This document shows positions 13,512 through 27,100 of a DNA stretch of 64,000 bases, in pieces; positions within the stretch are counted from its first letter, which is position 1, and every line of letters starts with the position of its first letter. The position numbers and the translations under genes were made by a program. Under the pieces are notes generated by a model, which saw nothing but the letters and a program-made list of their open reading frames with translations, made no database searches and was not told where the DNA came from. Source of the DNA: Octopus vulgaris (Eukaryota); the NCBI GenBank assembly GCA_951406725.2, contig OX597830.1, positions 24,118,001 through 24,182,000 of the forward strand, in the 5' to 3' direction.

Positions 13512-13836
13512 ATGTATGTATGTATGTATACATGTATGTATGTAAGTATGTTTGTATGCATGTATGTATCTAAGTATGTATGTATGTATGTATGTATGTA
13601 TGTATGTATGTATGCATGTATGCAGGTATGTATGTATGTATGTATGTATGTATGTATGCATGTATGCAGGTATGTATGTATGTATGCAGGTATGTATGTA
13701 TGTATGTATGTATGTATATGTATGTGTGTATGTATGTATGTATGTATGTTTGTATGTATGCAGGTATGTATGTATGTATGTATGTATGTATGCATGTATG
13801 CAGGTATGTATGTATGCAGGTATGTATGTATGTATG
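13512..13836. repeat. (TATG)n tetranucleotide array with TATGCAGG variants
   Basis: Direct inspection. Confidence 0.95.
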
Positions 13837-14185
13837 GATGCATATTTATATAAGTTCATGTACTTAAGTTTGCATGTACATATAGGTTATAATGTCTGTA
13901 TGTCTCTACGTGTATTGACGTGTGTGTGCTTGTGTGTGTATATGTGAGTGTATGTGTATGTTTACATGTGTACGTTTGAATGTACGAGTGCGCGAGCTTG
14001 TGTGTGTGTGCCTGAGTCCCGGAGTGTGTTCACGCGAGTCTGTTTGTGCGAGCGCACGTGTGTGTTGCGTGTGTATAAATATATAATTCTTTCTGCTAAC
14101 TACGAACATGTCGACCTGCTTCTGTGAGAAGTAAAATATAATGGAAACTATCATGAACTACTTTTTCCTTTATCACTTTCAATCT

Positions 14186-14350
14186 ACAAGGGAGTTCCTG
14201 AAAAGTTCTTGGCTTCGGAGAAAAAGGAGAAAAGAAATACAAGCGGATCGGTTAATTATGATCTTATCCAGCTTATTCCCCTCTCAGATTCACACACTTT
14301 TGCAGCGGTCCTACAGTTTTTCTAAGCCCTCCAGAAGAACTGTAGGACTG
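14186..14350 (-). mobile_element. Mariner-derived MITE fragment
   Basis: Terminus ...GTTCCTGAAAAGTTCTTGGCTT and internal homology to 40644-40852 and 58073-58268. Confidence 0.6.
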
Positions 14351-14449
14351 TGTCCGGTGCATAAGTGCGACTTTCATGCACACATCCCCTTCTTTTATAC
14401 GGATATGCATATGCTTATATATCTGCGGTTGTAGGTATGTGATAGGAGG

Positions 14450-14488
<39 letters not shown>

Positions 14489-14566
14489 GGGAAGGGGGTA
14501 TGTGTCTACATATACGTATATGCGGGAGTGTGAATGTAAATCTGTATGAGTATGTATATGTATATA

Positions 14567-14643
<77 letters not shown>

Positions 14644-15207
14644 ATATTTTTATGTAAAAATGTCTAATATATATGGAAGTATAGTGTTATGTGTATATGA
14701 GGATGAAGTTGCGTGCATATATACGTATATATACGCATATATATGCGCATGTGGTTGTGTGTGGCTATGTGTATGTACATATATGTTTGTGTGTGTATAG
14801 GCATATACATACACGTGTTTATGTGAGTTTGAACGTATAGAGACGTTATGAACGCAGGAGGTTTTTATGTGTATGTATTGTGAGAATATGGCTACGTGTA
14901 TTCATCTTTTATGTTTTCCCTACCTATTAGAGTAACTTCCCTTTTATTCAGCGTTTTTTTATAGCGTCTATTATTATAATAGCCGATGAGAATGCTTCGT
15001 AGCTCTTAGTTCCGGCATTTGAAACTCTGAGTTCTATTATGACAACTTAATGAGTATCCTAAACTATGCATAAATACATACATATACATACACATATATA
15101 TATATACATATTTATATATGCTTGTATGCGTGTGTGTGCGCATGTGCCGTTTTGTATGTGTTCGTTCACACTCCAGGCTGGCAAACGATGGTGGTATCTT
15201 TGCGTTA

Positions 15208-15440
15208 GCGGCGAGCTGGCAGAAACGTTAGCACGCCGGGCGAAATGCTTAGCGGTATTTCGTCTGCGTTACGTTGTGAGTTCAAATTCCGCCGAGGTCG
15301 ACTTTGCCTTTCATCCTTTCGGGGTCGATAAATTAAGTACCAGTTACGCACTGGGGTCGATGTAATCGACTTAATACCTATGTCTGTCCTTGTTTGTCCG
15401 CTCTGTGTTTAGCCACTTGTGGGTAATAAAGAAATAGGTA
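15208..15440 (+). mobile_element. Group A SINE monomer with TSD
   Basis: Intact head and core; direct repeat GGTATCTTTGCGTTAGCG at 15193-15210 and 15437-15454. Confidence 0.9.
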
Positions 15441-16044
15441 TCTTTGCGTTAGCGAAACATACTGATTCGGCAAAAGGTACCGATAGAAAACGCACCAAAA
15501 ATTAAAAATATAAACTCCGATGACTGCAACAGGTAACAGATACACAGTAAAAACATCTCACTTCTCGCGTGGACTTTATTCCATTCTCTTACTTTTGCTG
15601 TTGTTTCCTTTTTTTCTTTCCTTAGACTAATTCATGTTCCTTTATTAAACCAACCAGTTAACCTTTGCTTGGTTTTAATTATTTTTCGAGAACAACTGTT
15701 GGTATATTGTATTGCTTTTCTAGGTGCAGCACGCATCTTCTCTATTTGCATGTCAGAGATGTAATCAGTCTCTATCAACTTGGAGATAATGAGTGCTTTC
15801 ATTTCTGTTTTGTTTTTTATGTCTAATCTCTTCAATTAGATTCACATTTGCTAAATCGAACCTGTACTTTATGACTAGAATGACAAGCGCATTTCTATGT
15901 AGAACACACACGCACACATGCATACATATACGTACTTACATATATTTTTATCTATACACTCATATACATATACACATATATATAGACACACACACACTTT
16001 TATATATATATATATATATACATACATATATATATATATATATT

Positions 16045-16084
<40 letters not shown>

Positions 16085-16122
16085 TACTTGGAGAAATAAG
16101 AAAGTGACGCGAGGTGTTCAAT

Positions 16123-16187
<65 letters not shown>

Positions 16188-16200
16188 TATGTGAGGGTGA

Positions 16201-16269
<69 letters not shown>

Positions 16270-16639
16270 AAATCTTATTTCTGACTGATGCCGGATATGT
16301 GTCTGAGTTTTCTACAGGAAACTTTTCTACCGTTTTCTCCATAATTTCTCTGTATGTGTTATCTTATCAATTCCATCTACTATTAAATACTTACATCGGT
16401 GCTTCTTTCCGAATTCGCTGATTTTAGTATCAATATCTAATTATTTTCAGTTTAATTGCTTCCGCACTAATTATACTTCATTTTACACATTGTCAAATCG
16501 CATATTCGTCTGGATATCACTGCTGGGTTTGTTTGAGTATTTAATAGACTCTCCAGCTGTGTTGCTTCTTGTATACATCTTAAAATCATTCTTCTAGAAT
16601 AATTAAAGAGATGCGTTTCTTAATTCTTTGCCAGTCCAC

Positions 16640-16775
16640 TGCCTTTCCTTCCAGGAACATGGTTCCTAGTTCAGTCCCACTGTGCAGCACTTTGGCCAAG
16701 GGGCTTCTGTGATATCCCCAGACAGACCAAAGCCTTGTTAGTGAATTTGCTGTACGGAAATATGAAGAAGCCATG
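16640..16775 (+). mobile_element. Group B SINE 5' fragment
   Basis: ACATGGTTCCTAGTTCAGTCCCACTGTGCAGCAC homologous to the group B head. Confidence 0.7.
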
Positions 16776-17010
16776 TTTTATACACATACACACAAATATA
16801 TATATATATATATAATATGCACATATCGTCAGCCATCAAAGGACATGCTCAACTGATTAAGGTCAAACAACTGATAGCAAATCTGTGGAACTGAGCAGGA
16901 TATTTGCTTAGCCCATCTTTTATACCAAGACAAAACAATGTACATGATAACACTTCCAATCAGTTAAGATGAGAAGACATCAGGTCCACTTCCTGGAACT
17001 GCATCAAGAC

Positions 17011-17087
<77 letters not shown>

Positions 17088-17120
17088 GTATCATCATCAT
17101 CATCGTCATCATCATCATCC

Positions 17121-17202
<82 letters not shown>

Positions 17203-17203
17203 C

Positions 17204-18065
17204 CAGTAGTTTTATTCTTATAGCGTGCTTTCACTTCACTACCGAGCGCATCTCTGTGTGCCTTGGGTATGTGCTGTGATTTGTTGTGATGCTCTGATGG
17301 TTATTGTATGGAAAGTGTTCCGCGTAGGATGTGTGCAGTGCCTAGTAGTGCCCAAGTCTATATCTCTATTATTTTCCTTCCATATTTTATATGTATGTTT
17401 TGTTGTATTTTCATTTTTGGGGTAGAGCACTGCTGTGAAGTATGCGTGTAAGATAGAAATGTATTCCTCACGTGTCCATTTACGTCTTTTGGGTTTTATT
17501 TGCGGGACATGAGGTACAACGTCCGGCCCATTATTTTGACGGTCGTCATTTTCGTAGGGTACCGGTCCGTTTATTTCTGTTGTCACATTATTTCGCACGT
17601 GTAGTTTTTCGTACATTTTTTGTTGTAAGTTTAATGTACGTACCGCTCGATTGTTATTCTTGGGTTGAATAGTATCGGTGGCATTTAATTTCTTCGTAGT
17701 TCCTTTGTACATGGTGTTTGGGGTCGGGGATGATCGTGATGTTCCACGCATGTTTACATGTGTTGTGTTAGAGGTGGAGATGATATCGAGTCAAAATACA
17801 TCATTTCGTTTCGAAAATAGTAATAAATTTCAATTAGTATTACTTACTCGGATACAGTCCAATTCTTTGTTAGTAAATCTTTGGCTCCATAGGATGTCCT
17901 TGTTTTCGATGTTTGTGGATAGATTTCGGAACTCTGTATTTTCCTTCTTACATCTTAAACGTCCCCCGGTGTTCACATCTTAAACGTCCCCCGGTGTTCC
18001 CTTAAACGTCCCCCGGTGTTCCCTTAAACGTCCCCCGGTGTTCCCTTAAACGTCCCCCGGTGTTC

Positions 18066-18066
<1 letters not shown>
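17204..18066 (-). mobile_element. Internally deleted R4/Dong-type non-LTR retrotransposon in (TAA)n
   Basis: 3' ~150 nt match the Dong-type tails at 23194-23422 and 59108-59446; 5' ORF (ATG 17751) contains Myb-like KRRKWTREEYISILHAYFTAVLYP; (TAA)n on both flanks. Confidence 0.8.
17954..18066. repeat. 22-bp tandem repeat x5 (CTTAAACGTCCCCCGGTGTTC[C])
   Basis: Units start at 17954, 17979, 18001, 18023 and 18045. Confidence 0.95.
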
Positions 18067-18142
<76 letters not shown>

Positions 18143-18309
18143 GCTACTTTTAATCTGCATGTTTGTTACAATCACTTGCTGAGACATTCACAGAGTCCTA
18201 GTGAAGGATAAGAGATGCTGCAGTGAGACTAAAAATTTGGAATGGGAAAGTGGCAGGAGCAGTAGCGAAATATCTTCATGTAATACAAAACAGACATTTA
18301 AATGGATAG

Positions 18310-19929
18310 AGCTTTTGTTAGTATCGCTCGTTCGGTCCGTCAAGGATGCCCACTCTCTCCCATTCTGTACGTGCTAGCTCTCAAGCCATTACTAAGGAAG
18401 TTGGATATTTCGAGGGGCATCCCGCGTAATCTAGGATGCGGAAGGCTCCTGTCGACATATTCGGACGACGTCACCGTAATAGTTTCGGACTGCTCGGAAA
18501 TCGAGCTGACAGGCTCTAACTTAAGGGTGTACAAAGAGGTGACAGGAGCAGAAATTTATCAAGGCAAGTCGGTGGGCCTGCAGCTCGGCACCTGGAGAGG
18601 CAGGTCCATGCCAAACAACAGCGTTGTAAAGCGCTCGACGGAGGGACCGGTTAAATTGCTTGGGGTTTGGTTTGGTCCGCACCTCCAGGTAAGACAAGAA
18701 CTGGAGGTAGAGGATGAGCTGGGCAGCCAAGCTGTCCTTGAAAGATCAGACCGAAGTGGCGAATGTGTACATCACTTCCGTCATCTACTACCACCTTACC
18801 ACCGTCCATTGCCCCACTTCGTGGCTGATCAAGCAGGAATGCTTGCTCTTCCGCTTTCTGTGACAGGGAATTGTTCCACTTGTCAGACGGTCTATCTGCT
18901 GTCAGCAACTGCTGAGTAGAGGACTGGGCATGTTGTGGTTAATGATGCGCTGACACGCGCTGAGGCTGCAACATCATCAGCGCTTTGTTAAGGGTGAGCA
19001 GGTGTACCCGCCGTTTGTCACACAGGATTTTACGCAGCTCTATTCATTGGGGGAGCTACAGTCATGGATCAAGAAAAGGCGCTTGGCACCTGCAGTGTCA
19101 GCAATCGCTCACAGAGGGACCAATTAACTGGTCTTTTCCGGAGCAATTTCGAGGCGAGGCCTATGGATAACTTCCAGAAGTCCCTGGCCTGGCAGTGCTA
19201 TCGGGAAGCTCTTTCGGTTTGAAACAAGCTCTAGAGACACGGAATAACTGTCAGACGGACTTGTCCGAGATGTGTATAGGGGGACAAAACCCTCCTACAT
19301 GCATTCATCCAATGTCCGTGCATTACTGACATGTGGAGCTTTGTCAAACAACTGTCTCCGCGTGTAGGATGGATCTAGTTATCAGCCGAGTCTATCGTGA
19401 AGATCAACTCGCTGCTTTCCTTTGGCCGGGAAGGAAAGGCAGTTTTACTGTCTGGTGGCTATAGCGAAGGAGGTGGTGAGGTGGATGAGATTGAAAGGAC
19501 TGAGGACAGATATTTTCCTCTTCGGTCAAACCCTCATCGACTTTTTCGATTTCCACTTGAAAAGGAAAGTGAAAGTAGAGAAGGGAGTTCTGCACTCTAG
19601 TAAATTTGTTGCAAGGTGGGTGAATGTGGCGAGGATGGCCCGTTTGAATGAGCCTACTCTGAACTTTAGTTTGTAAACCAGAGGAGTTGAGAAGGAGAGA
19701 GGCGTCTGCTCAAGTGCATCTGGCGGTCGGGATAACCAGGATGTGTGGAGTTCCTCGGTTGTCCCCGTTAGGAACCCCTTACTTTTGCGAAATTTTTATT
19801 CTTGAATTGTTTTCTTGTTTTAGTTACTTATTGTATACACAGCATTGTTCACCCCCACTTATCACTAGCATTGTATTGTATCGTCCCTATTTGTTTTGTT
19901 TTCTGCCCTTGTGGCCAATAAAATAAAGT
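18310..19929 (+). mobile_element. 5'-truncated, decayed Tx1/L1-group LINE (RT + zinc-finger remnants)
   Basis: RSVRQGCPLSPILYVLAL, YSDDVTV and VKLLGVWFG RT motifs; downstream LAWQCYREAL and CPRC...LLHAFIQCP; multiple stops and frameshifts; ends in AATAAAATAAA. Confidence 0.88.
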
Positions 19930-20258
19930 ATCATTATTATTGTTGATGTTATTGTTGTTACTGTTGTTGTTGTCGAGTTTCGAGTAGAGCAGACATATTG
20001 AGACAAAGATCTGTGGAGGTGTCGGTTCCTCGTACTTCTGTTTTGTGAAGAAAAAAAAAGAACAAAAAAATACCAAAAGAAGCTTTTTAAAACATAAAAA
20101 TGAAAGTAAAAAATACTTCAACATATGTACAACTCTTGGGCATTTTGGTAGTAATTTTGTTTTTACTGTTTTTTTTATTATTATTTTTCCGCAATACAAC
20201 TTTTATTATAGGAATGCCCTATGTTGTAAATCTTCACAATTTTGTCAGTTTCTACTTT

Positions 20259-20259
20259 T

Positions 20260-20357
<98 letters not shown>

Positions 20358-20359
20358 CA

Positions 20360-20411
<52 letters not shown>

Positions 20412-20463
20412 CATTATCATTGTTGTTGTTGCTGTTATCATCATCACCATTATCAACATCATC
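20259..20463. repeat. (ATC)n/(ATT)n microsatellite
   Basis: Direct inspection. Confidence 0.95.
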
Positions 20464-20507
20464 AGTCGGAGCTTGAGGAATACGTCGATTTGTTTGCTTA
20501 ATGTTCT

Positions 20508-20567
<60 letters not shown>

Positions 20568-21374
20568 AAACGAATTAGATACGTCTTAGAAAACATGCAG
20601 CAAAAAATGTTCACGGTAAACATAGCATCCTATGTTAAAAGAATCCCCTAAACAATCTATTTACTACGAACCAGTTAAATATTGTTTCCGGTTTATATTT
20701 GTTTGTTTCTGTGAATTCTGTTTTTTTTTGTTGTTGCTGTTGTTGTTTTGTGTATCAAGGATTTTTGCCAATATTTTATGGTTGTGTTAGTTAATATGTT
20801 TGTCAGTGTGATGGTGAGAAAAAAATGGAGAGTGTTACAGGCATTCCTTACTTTGAAATACCCTCTGCGTTTGTGTTATATTTCCTGAGTATTTATCTCT
20901 CTTATTTTATTCCACTTGTGTCTTGTTGCTCCTGGGTTCAGTACAGATCGATAGATATTTTCTTATATCTCCTAATATATTTGTTTTTTCTGTATATTTG
21001 TTTACCGACTTCCTTGCTTCGCTTCCAATATTCCTATACAAGTAGATCTCATAAAGAGTAGATCGCACTTTCCATCACAGCTACACCGACTGCTGCATAA
21101 AATATTTCGTTTATTAACCTGTTTATACAAGTCCCGAATACGCATCGTTTCTCGGTTGAGCTTCCTGTTAGTCATAACTTATTTTCCTCTTATAGCTTCT
21201 TTCCTCAAACTGCTTCCTTATTGGAACATAACCATAGTCTTGTTTTCCCCTGGACTTTGTGTCAGTCGACATGTTTTGAATATGTTGGCCCCTTCTTTTC
21301 TTCCTTTGTAGTCCCTTACACTTCAGTGTTCGGAACAAAATCGTATCCTTTATTCTTTATCTTTTACTTGCTTC

Positions 21375-21560
21375 ACTCATACCCTGCGGCCATGCTGGGG
21401 CTCTGCGTGGGAGAATTTTTAGTCGAACGAATCAGCACCAGTTCTAACTTTTTAAAAAATCTTGGTACTTATTCAATCGGTTCCTTTTTCCGGACCCCTA
21501 CGTCGCGGGAGCGTAAATACATCAACGCCCGATGGCAAGCGGTGGTGGGGAACGAATACA
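21375..21560 (-). mobile_element. Group B SINE 3' part
   Basis: TGCGGCCATGCTGG and GGTACTTATTC match the reverse complement of the group B tail. Confidence 0.65.
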
Positions 21561-21565
21561 CACAC

Positions 21566-22000
<435 letters not shown>

Positions 22001-22036
22001 TTTACATGTTAATAAAAGTTTCAATATATTTTATTA

Positions 22037-22275
22037 TATTTTAAAAGATAAGGTATTGTGACTGTCAACCGGTTTCGCGTTTCGCTAATCATGACATTGA
22101 AATAAGCGCAATTTCGTGTTTTCTTAAGAAGTTTTTAGTCCACGTTCTTCAAACTCATATGCAAGAGCATGGACTATGAACTTCTTAAGATAACACGAAA
22201 TTACAATAATTTAAATGTCCTGATTAGCGAAACGCGATACCGGTGGACTATCACAGTACTCTACCATTTAAAATA
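22037..22275. repeat. ~240-bp imperfect foldback (two inverted ~113-bp arms, 13-nt loop), probably PLE-derived
   Basis: Arms align at roughly 80% identity by eye; each carries a hammerhead-like motif. Confidence 0.9.
22063..22096 (-). ncRNA. Minimal type I hammerhead-like motif (A3-U8 core variant)
   Basis: UGUC-AUGAUUA-GCG/AAA/CGC-GAA-ACCGGU-U-GACA: helix I UGUC/GACA, 3-bp helix II, palindromic helix III. Confidence 0.5.
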
Positions 22276-22380
22276 CATTAAAACTATGTAAACTGTGTAT
22301 ATTTCCTTTCATTTATTCAATATTTTTTTGTATTATAACTCACCAGGTGCGGATAATCGTTTCACTGATATTCTATTTTA

Positions 22381-22437
<57 letters not shown>

Positions 22438-22646
22438 TGTGTATCAAGGATTTTTGCCAACATTTTATAGTTGTGTTAGTTTATATGTTTGTCAGTGTGA
22501 TGGTGAGAAAGGAATGGAGAGTGTTAAAGGCATCCCTTACTTTGAAATACCTTTTTCCGGACCCCTACGTCGCGGTGGTGGGGAACGAATACACACACAC
22601 ACGCACGCACATATATATATACATACATATACACACACACACACAC

Positions 22647-22697
<51 letters not shown>

Positions 22698-22734
22698 TAT
22701 ATATTTACGTATATATATATATATATATATATAT

Positions 22735-22990
22735 GACGGGCTTCTTTCATCCTCCGTTTCCCAAATTCACTCACAAGGCTTTCGTTCACCAGCGTCTATA
22801 AAAGAAGAGATTCGCCTACGATGCCATAAAGTGGGATTGAACCCGAAACCATGTGGCTGGAAAGCAGTTCGGCATAAGAGACCGATAGAATATGTACCTA
22901 GCTTTAAAAAGAAAAATTCTTTCGACTAAGACTTCTTCAAAGTGATGCCCCAACATGGCCGCAGTCTAAAGACTGAAACATGCAAAAGAT
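22735..22990. mobile_element. Group B SINE pieces (5' part on minus 22735-22865; 3' part on plus 22868-22990)
   Basis: Homology to 26641-27100. Confidence 0.7.
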
Positions 22991-23135
22991 GACAGATATT
23001 GTTTATTTTATTGAATTTTGTTATTTTTTGTTGATTATTTTCTTTTATAACTGTCCCAAATTCCTATCAAAATGGAAGACCTAAAACCATTTTAATGTGC
23101 GTAAAACTTCACTTGCGCCCGTTGCTATTCTTATC

Positions 23136-23180
<45 letters not shown>

Positions 23181-23193
23181 TATTATTATTATT

Positions 23194-23422
23194 CAGTAGT
23201 TTTATTTTTATAGCGTGCTTTCACTTCACTACCGAGCGCAGCTCTGTGTGCCTTGGGTACGTGCTGTGATTTGTTGTGATGCTCTGATTGTTATTGTATG
23301 GAAAGTGTTCTGCGTAGGATGTGTGCAGTGCCTAGTAGTGCAATTTTCTGTATGTTATATGTGTTTGTAAGTCCTGGTGTTTTTGTTATGTATTTGTCTG
23401 AATATTTTTTTATCATGCCTAA
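23194..23422 (-). mobile_element. 5'-truncated R4/Dong-type LINE 3' end in (TAA)n
   Basis: LGMIKKYSDKYITKTPGLTNTYNIQKIALLGTAHILRRTLSIQ* plus 3' UTR, near-identical to 59108-59446. Confidence 0.9.
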
Positions 23423-23496
<74 letters not shown>

Positions 23497-24537
23497 CATT
23501 TAAACATTGTTCGTTGGTTGAAGATCTTGCTGCTGGAACCATTGCCTTTTTTTCCATTTTGCTGTTTTCGTTTGATTTAGGTTGTTGTTGTTGTATTGTT
23601 CTAGTTGTGCCAATCGTCGCCATTGTTGTTGTTCTCAACCTTCTTGTTAGAATTGTTGCTTTTGTTCAATTTTTATGACATTACACCGGTTGCCTCTGTT
23701 GTTGTTCTTATCGCCATCAACACAATTGTTATTAATGTTCGTGTTAATGCTGTTAATGGTCGTCTTGCTCAGATAATTACCTCTTCTTATCGTCTGTAGT
23801 TTTCATCAAGTTCTTGCAATTGCTGTTGTTGCTGTTGAGTTTGATGTTGCTGCAACGAATACTGCTGCTGCCGCTGCTACTGCTGATGCTGTTATTGCTG
23901 TTGTTGTTCTTCTTCTTGTGTTTGCTGCCAATTTAAATTTGTACCAATTTACGTTGATGTATCTCTCGTAGATGTTAAACCTAGCATTATTCCCCCAACA
24001 TACTACTTAATATGCTCCAGTTTCTAGAAATTGGATTAAAACTGCACTCCATGCCTTCCAATCTATCAAAACCCCATCGACGTTCGAACACAACCCACCC
24101 ACTTTTATTTGTTTCTTTCGTTGTTTTTCCTTTTTTTCTTCCTTTATCCCTTCCTTCTCCTTCACTCTCTGTCTCTCTCTCTCTTTCTCTCTCTTCCCAC
24201 GCCTCTCTCTCTATCTGTCTATCTTTTTATCTCCATCTTTATATCCCTTGTTCTTTTCCTCTTAATCCAGTCACTCTCTCCCTATACATACATACATACA
24301 TACATACATACATACATACATACATACATACATACATACATACACACACATACATGCATACATACATACATACATACATACATACATACATACATACATA
24401 CATACACACGCGCGCACTCACACACATTATATACATATAAACATAATATTAAATGGTAACAAATACGCATGTGTAGTAAATAATGTGTACATATCTATAA
24501 AATATGAGAGTATAATACATATATATGTATAGATATG

Positions 24538-24575
<38 letters not shown>

Positions 24576-25036
24576 CTTGTAGGTTTATATATATATGTGT
24601 ATATATATATATGCATATAGATATGTATGTATGTATGCATGTATGTTTGTATATATGTATGTATCTATCTGTCTGTCTATCTGTCTGTCTATCTATATAT
24701 CTATCTCTTTGTTTCTGATATAAGTATGTATAAGTATATATGTATATGTATATATGTATACATGTATGTATGTATGTATGTATGTATGTATGTATGTATG
24801 TATGTATGTATGTATGTATGTATGTATGTATGTATGTATGTATGTGTCATCCAGTCGCGATCTCGTACGCTTTGACATCGTTCCTAGATCCATGTAAATC
24901 TCCTTTCTCGTGAACTCCCCTTCTCGTTGTCACGTAAGTTCCTTTTTCTTCTTTCTTCCCGATCTCGCTACTAGATTCCCCATTCGCTAATACCTGATAT
25001 ATTTGTGAATGCGAATGTATGTGGGCGAGGATGTGT

Positions 25037-25069
<33 letters not shown>

Positions 25070-25088
25070 TTCGCACACTTTTATATAA

Positions 25089-25236
<148 letters not shown>

Positions 25237-25492
25237 CATTTATGCGTATGTGTCCATGTACATATATACGTATATACTTATATATGAGTATATATGCGTG
25301 TGTGTCTGTATTATATAATATCATCTTCTGTTTGTGTGAGGGCGTTGATATATGCCAACTGACATTACCATATACATGTACACATATAGCACTCGAATTC
25401 ACGGTTACACGCTCCTATGCGCACGCACACACGCACACACACCACAACCACACACATGTATTAAACAAGCATACAGTCAGTGTTGTGTACAT

Positions 25493-26167
25493 AAGAGAGA
25501 GAAAGAAGGAGAGCGAGAAGAGAGAGAGAAGGAGAGCGAGAAGAGAGAGAAAGAAGGAGAGCGAGAAGAGAGAAGAAGGAGAGCGAGAAGAGAGAGAAGA
25601 AGGAGAGCGAGAAGAGAGAAGAAGGAGAGGAGAAGAGAAGAAGAAGGAGAGCGAAGAGAGAAGAAGGAGAGCGAGAGAGAGAGAGAGGAGAGCGAGAAGA
25701 GAGAAGAGAGGCGAGAGAGAAAAGGAGAGAGAAGGAGAGCGAGAGAGAGAAAGAAGGAGAGCGAGAAGAGAGAAAGAAGGAGAGCGAGAGAAGAAGAAGG
25801 AGAGCGAGAAGAGAGAGAAGAAGAGAGCGAGAGAGAGAAAAGAAGGAGAGGAGAAGAAGAGAAAGAAGGAGAGAGAGAGAGAGAGGGAGGAGAAGAGAAG
25901 AAAGAAGGAGAGCGAGAGAGAGAAGAAGGAGAGCGAGAAGAGAGAAAGAGAGCGAGAAGAGAGAGAAAGAAGGAGAGCGAGAAGAGAGAGAAAGAGGAGA
26001 GCGAGAAAGAGAGAAGAAGGAGAGCGAGAAGAGAGAGAGAAGGAGAGCGAGAAGAGAGAGAAAGAAGGAGAGCGAGAAGAGAGAGAAAGAAGGAGAGCGA
26101 GAAGAGAGAGAAAGAAGGAGAGCGAGAAGAGAGAGAAAGAAGGAGAGCGAGAAGAGAGAGAAGAGCG
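25493..26167 (+). repeat. T-free purine-rich minisatellite (~25-bp unit GAGAGAGAAAGAAGGAGAGCGAGAA)
   Basis: About 675 nt with no T on the plus strand. Confidence 0.95.
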
Positions 26168-26640
26168 TGTGCGTGTGTGCTTGTATGTGAGTGAGTGCAT
26201 GTGTGTACTCAGCCATATGAACGAGTTTCCGGCGATGCTCATGTTTATAAATCACATACATAATTATAATCATCGCCAGTGATTATACAATATTTTAATC
26301 TCCTTCCGCATTTCCTCGAATTATATTTTCTTGATGATTACAGAAAGATGTGTATAATACTCGATTACAAACTCCCGATGAAACAAAACACTAAACCACA
26401 GATTACCGTGATTCTCAATGAATATTTCAAGTTAATCCTAAATTTGGGGATCGGTTAATATGCTAATATACGTCTGTAACTACCGCAAACTTATTGTTCT
26501 TAGAAAGCTGTTATTTGGATTTTAAATAGCGTTTACTGCCAGAAGAAATGCTGTTATGAAATTCAAAGAAAACGAAGCAGAGAGTTAGCGATCCATAAGA
26601 GAGGAACGGAGATCAAATGCTTCTATCATTGTTTTTGAAC

Positions 26641-26798
26641 AGGAGTGGCTGTGTGGTAAGTAGCTTGCTTACCAACCACATGGTTCCGGGTTCATTTCCG
26701 CTGCGTGGCACCTTGGGCAAGTGTCTTCTACTATAGCCTCGGGCCAACCAAAGCCATGTGAGTGGATTTGGCAGGTGGAAACTGAAAGATGCCCGTCG

Positions 26799-26877
<79 letters not shown>

Positions 26878-27100
26878 CTGTGTCTGTGTGTGTCTGTGTG
26901 TGTCTGTTTTTGTCTCCCACAACATCGCTTGACAACCGGTAGTGGTGTGTTTATATCCCCGTAACTTAGCGGTTCGGCAAAAGAGACCGATAGAATAATT
27001 ACTAAGCTTACAAAGAATAAGTCCTGGGGCCGATTTGCTCGACTAAAGGCAGTGCTCCAGCATGGCCGCAGTCAAATGACTGAAACAAGTAAAAGAGTAT
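26641..27100 (+). mobile_element. Full-length group B (OK-like) tRNA SINE with internal (TA)n(TG)n
   Basis: Head GGAGTGGCTGTGTGGTAAG...GGGTTCA, central microsatellite, tail ...GACTGAAACAAGTAAAAGAGTA. Confidence 0.9.

Noticed and set aside
17954-18066. CRISPR-like short repeats
   Set aside because: No spacers, eukaryotic context, no cas genes
25242-26282. 346-aa and overlapping R/E/K-rich ORFs
   Set aside because: Open only because the purine tract lacks T; open in several frames on both strands
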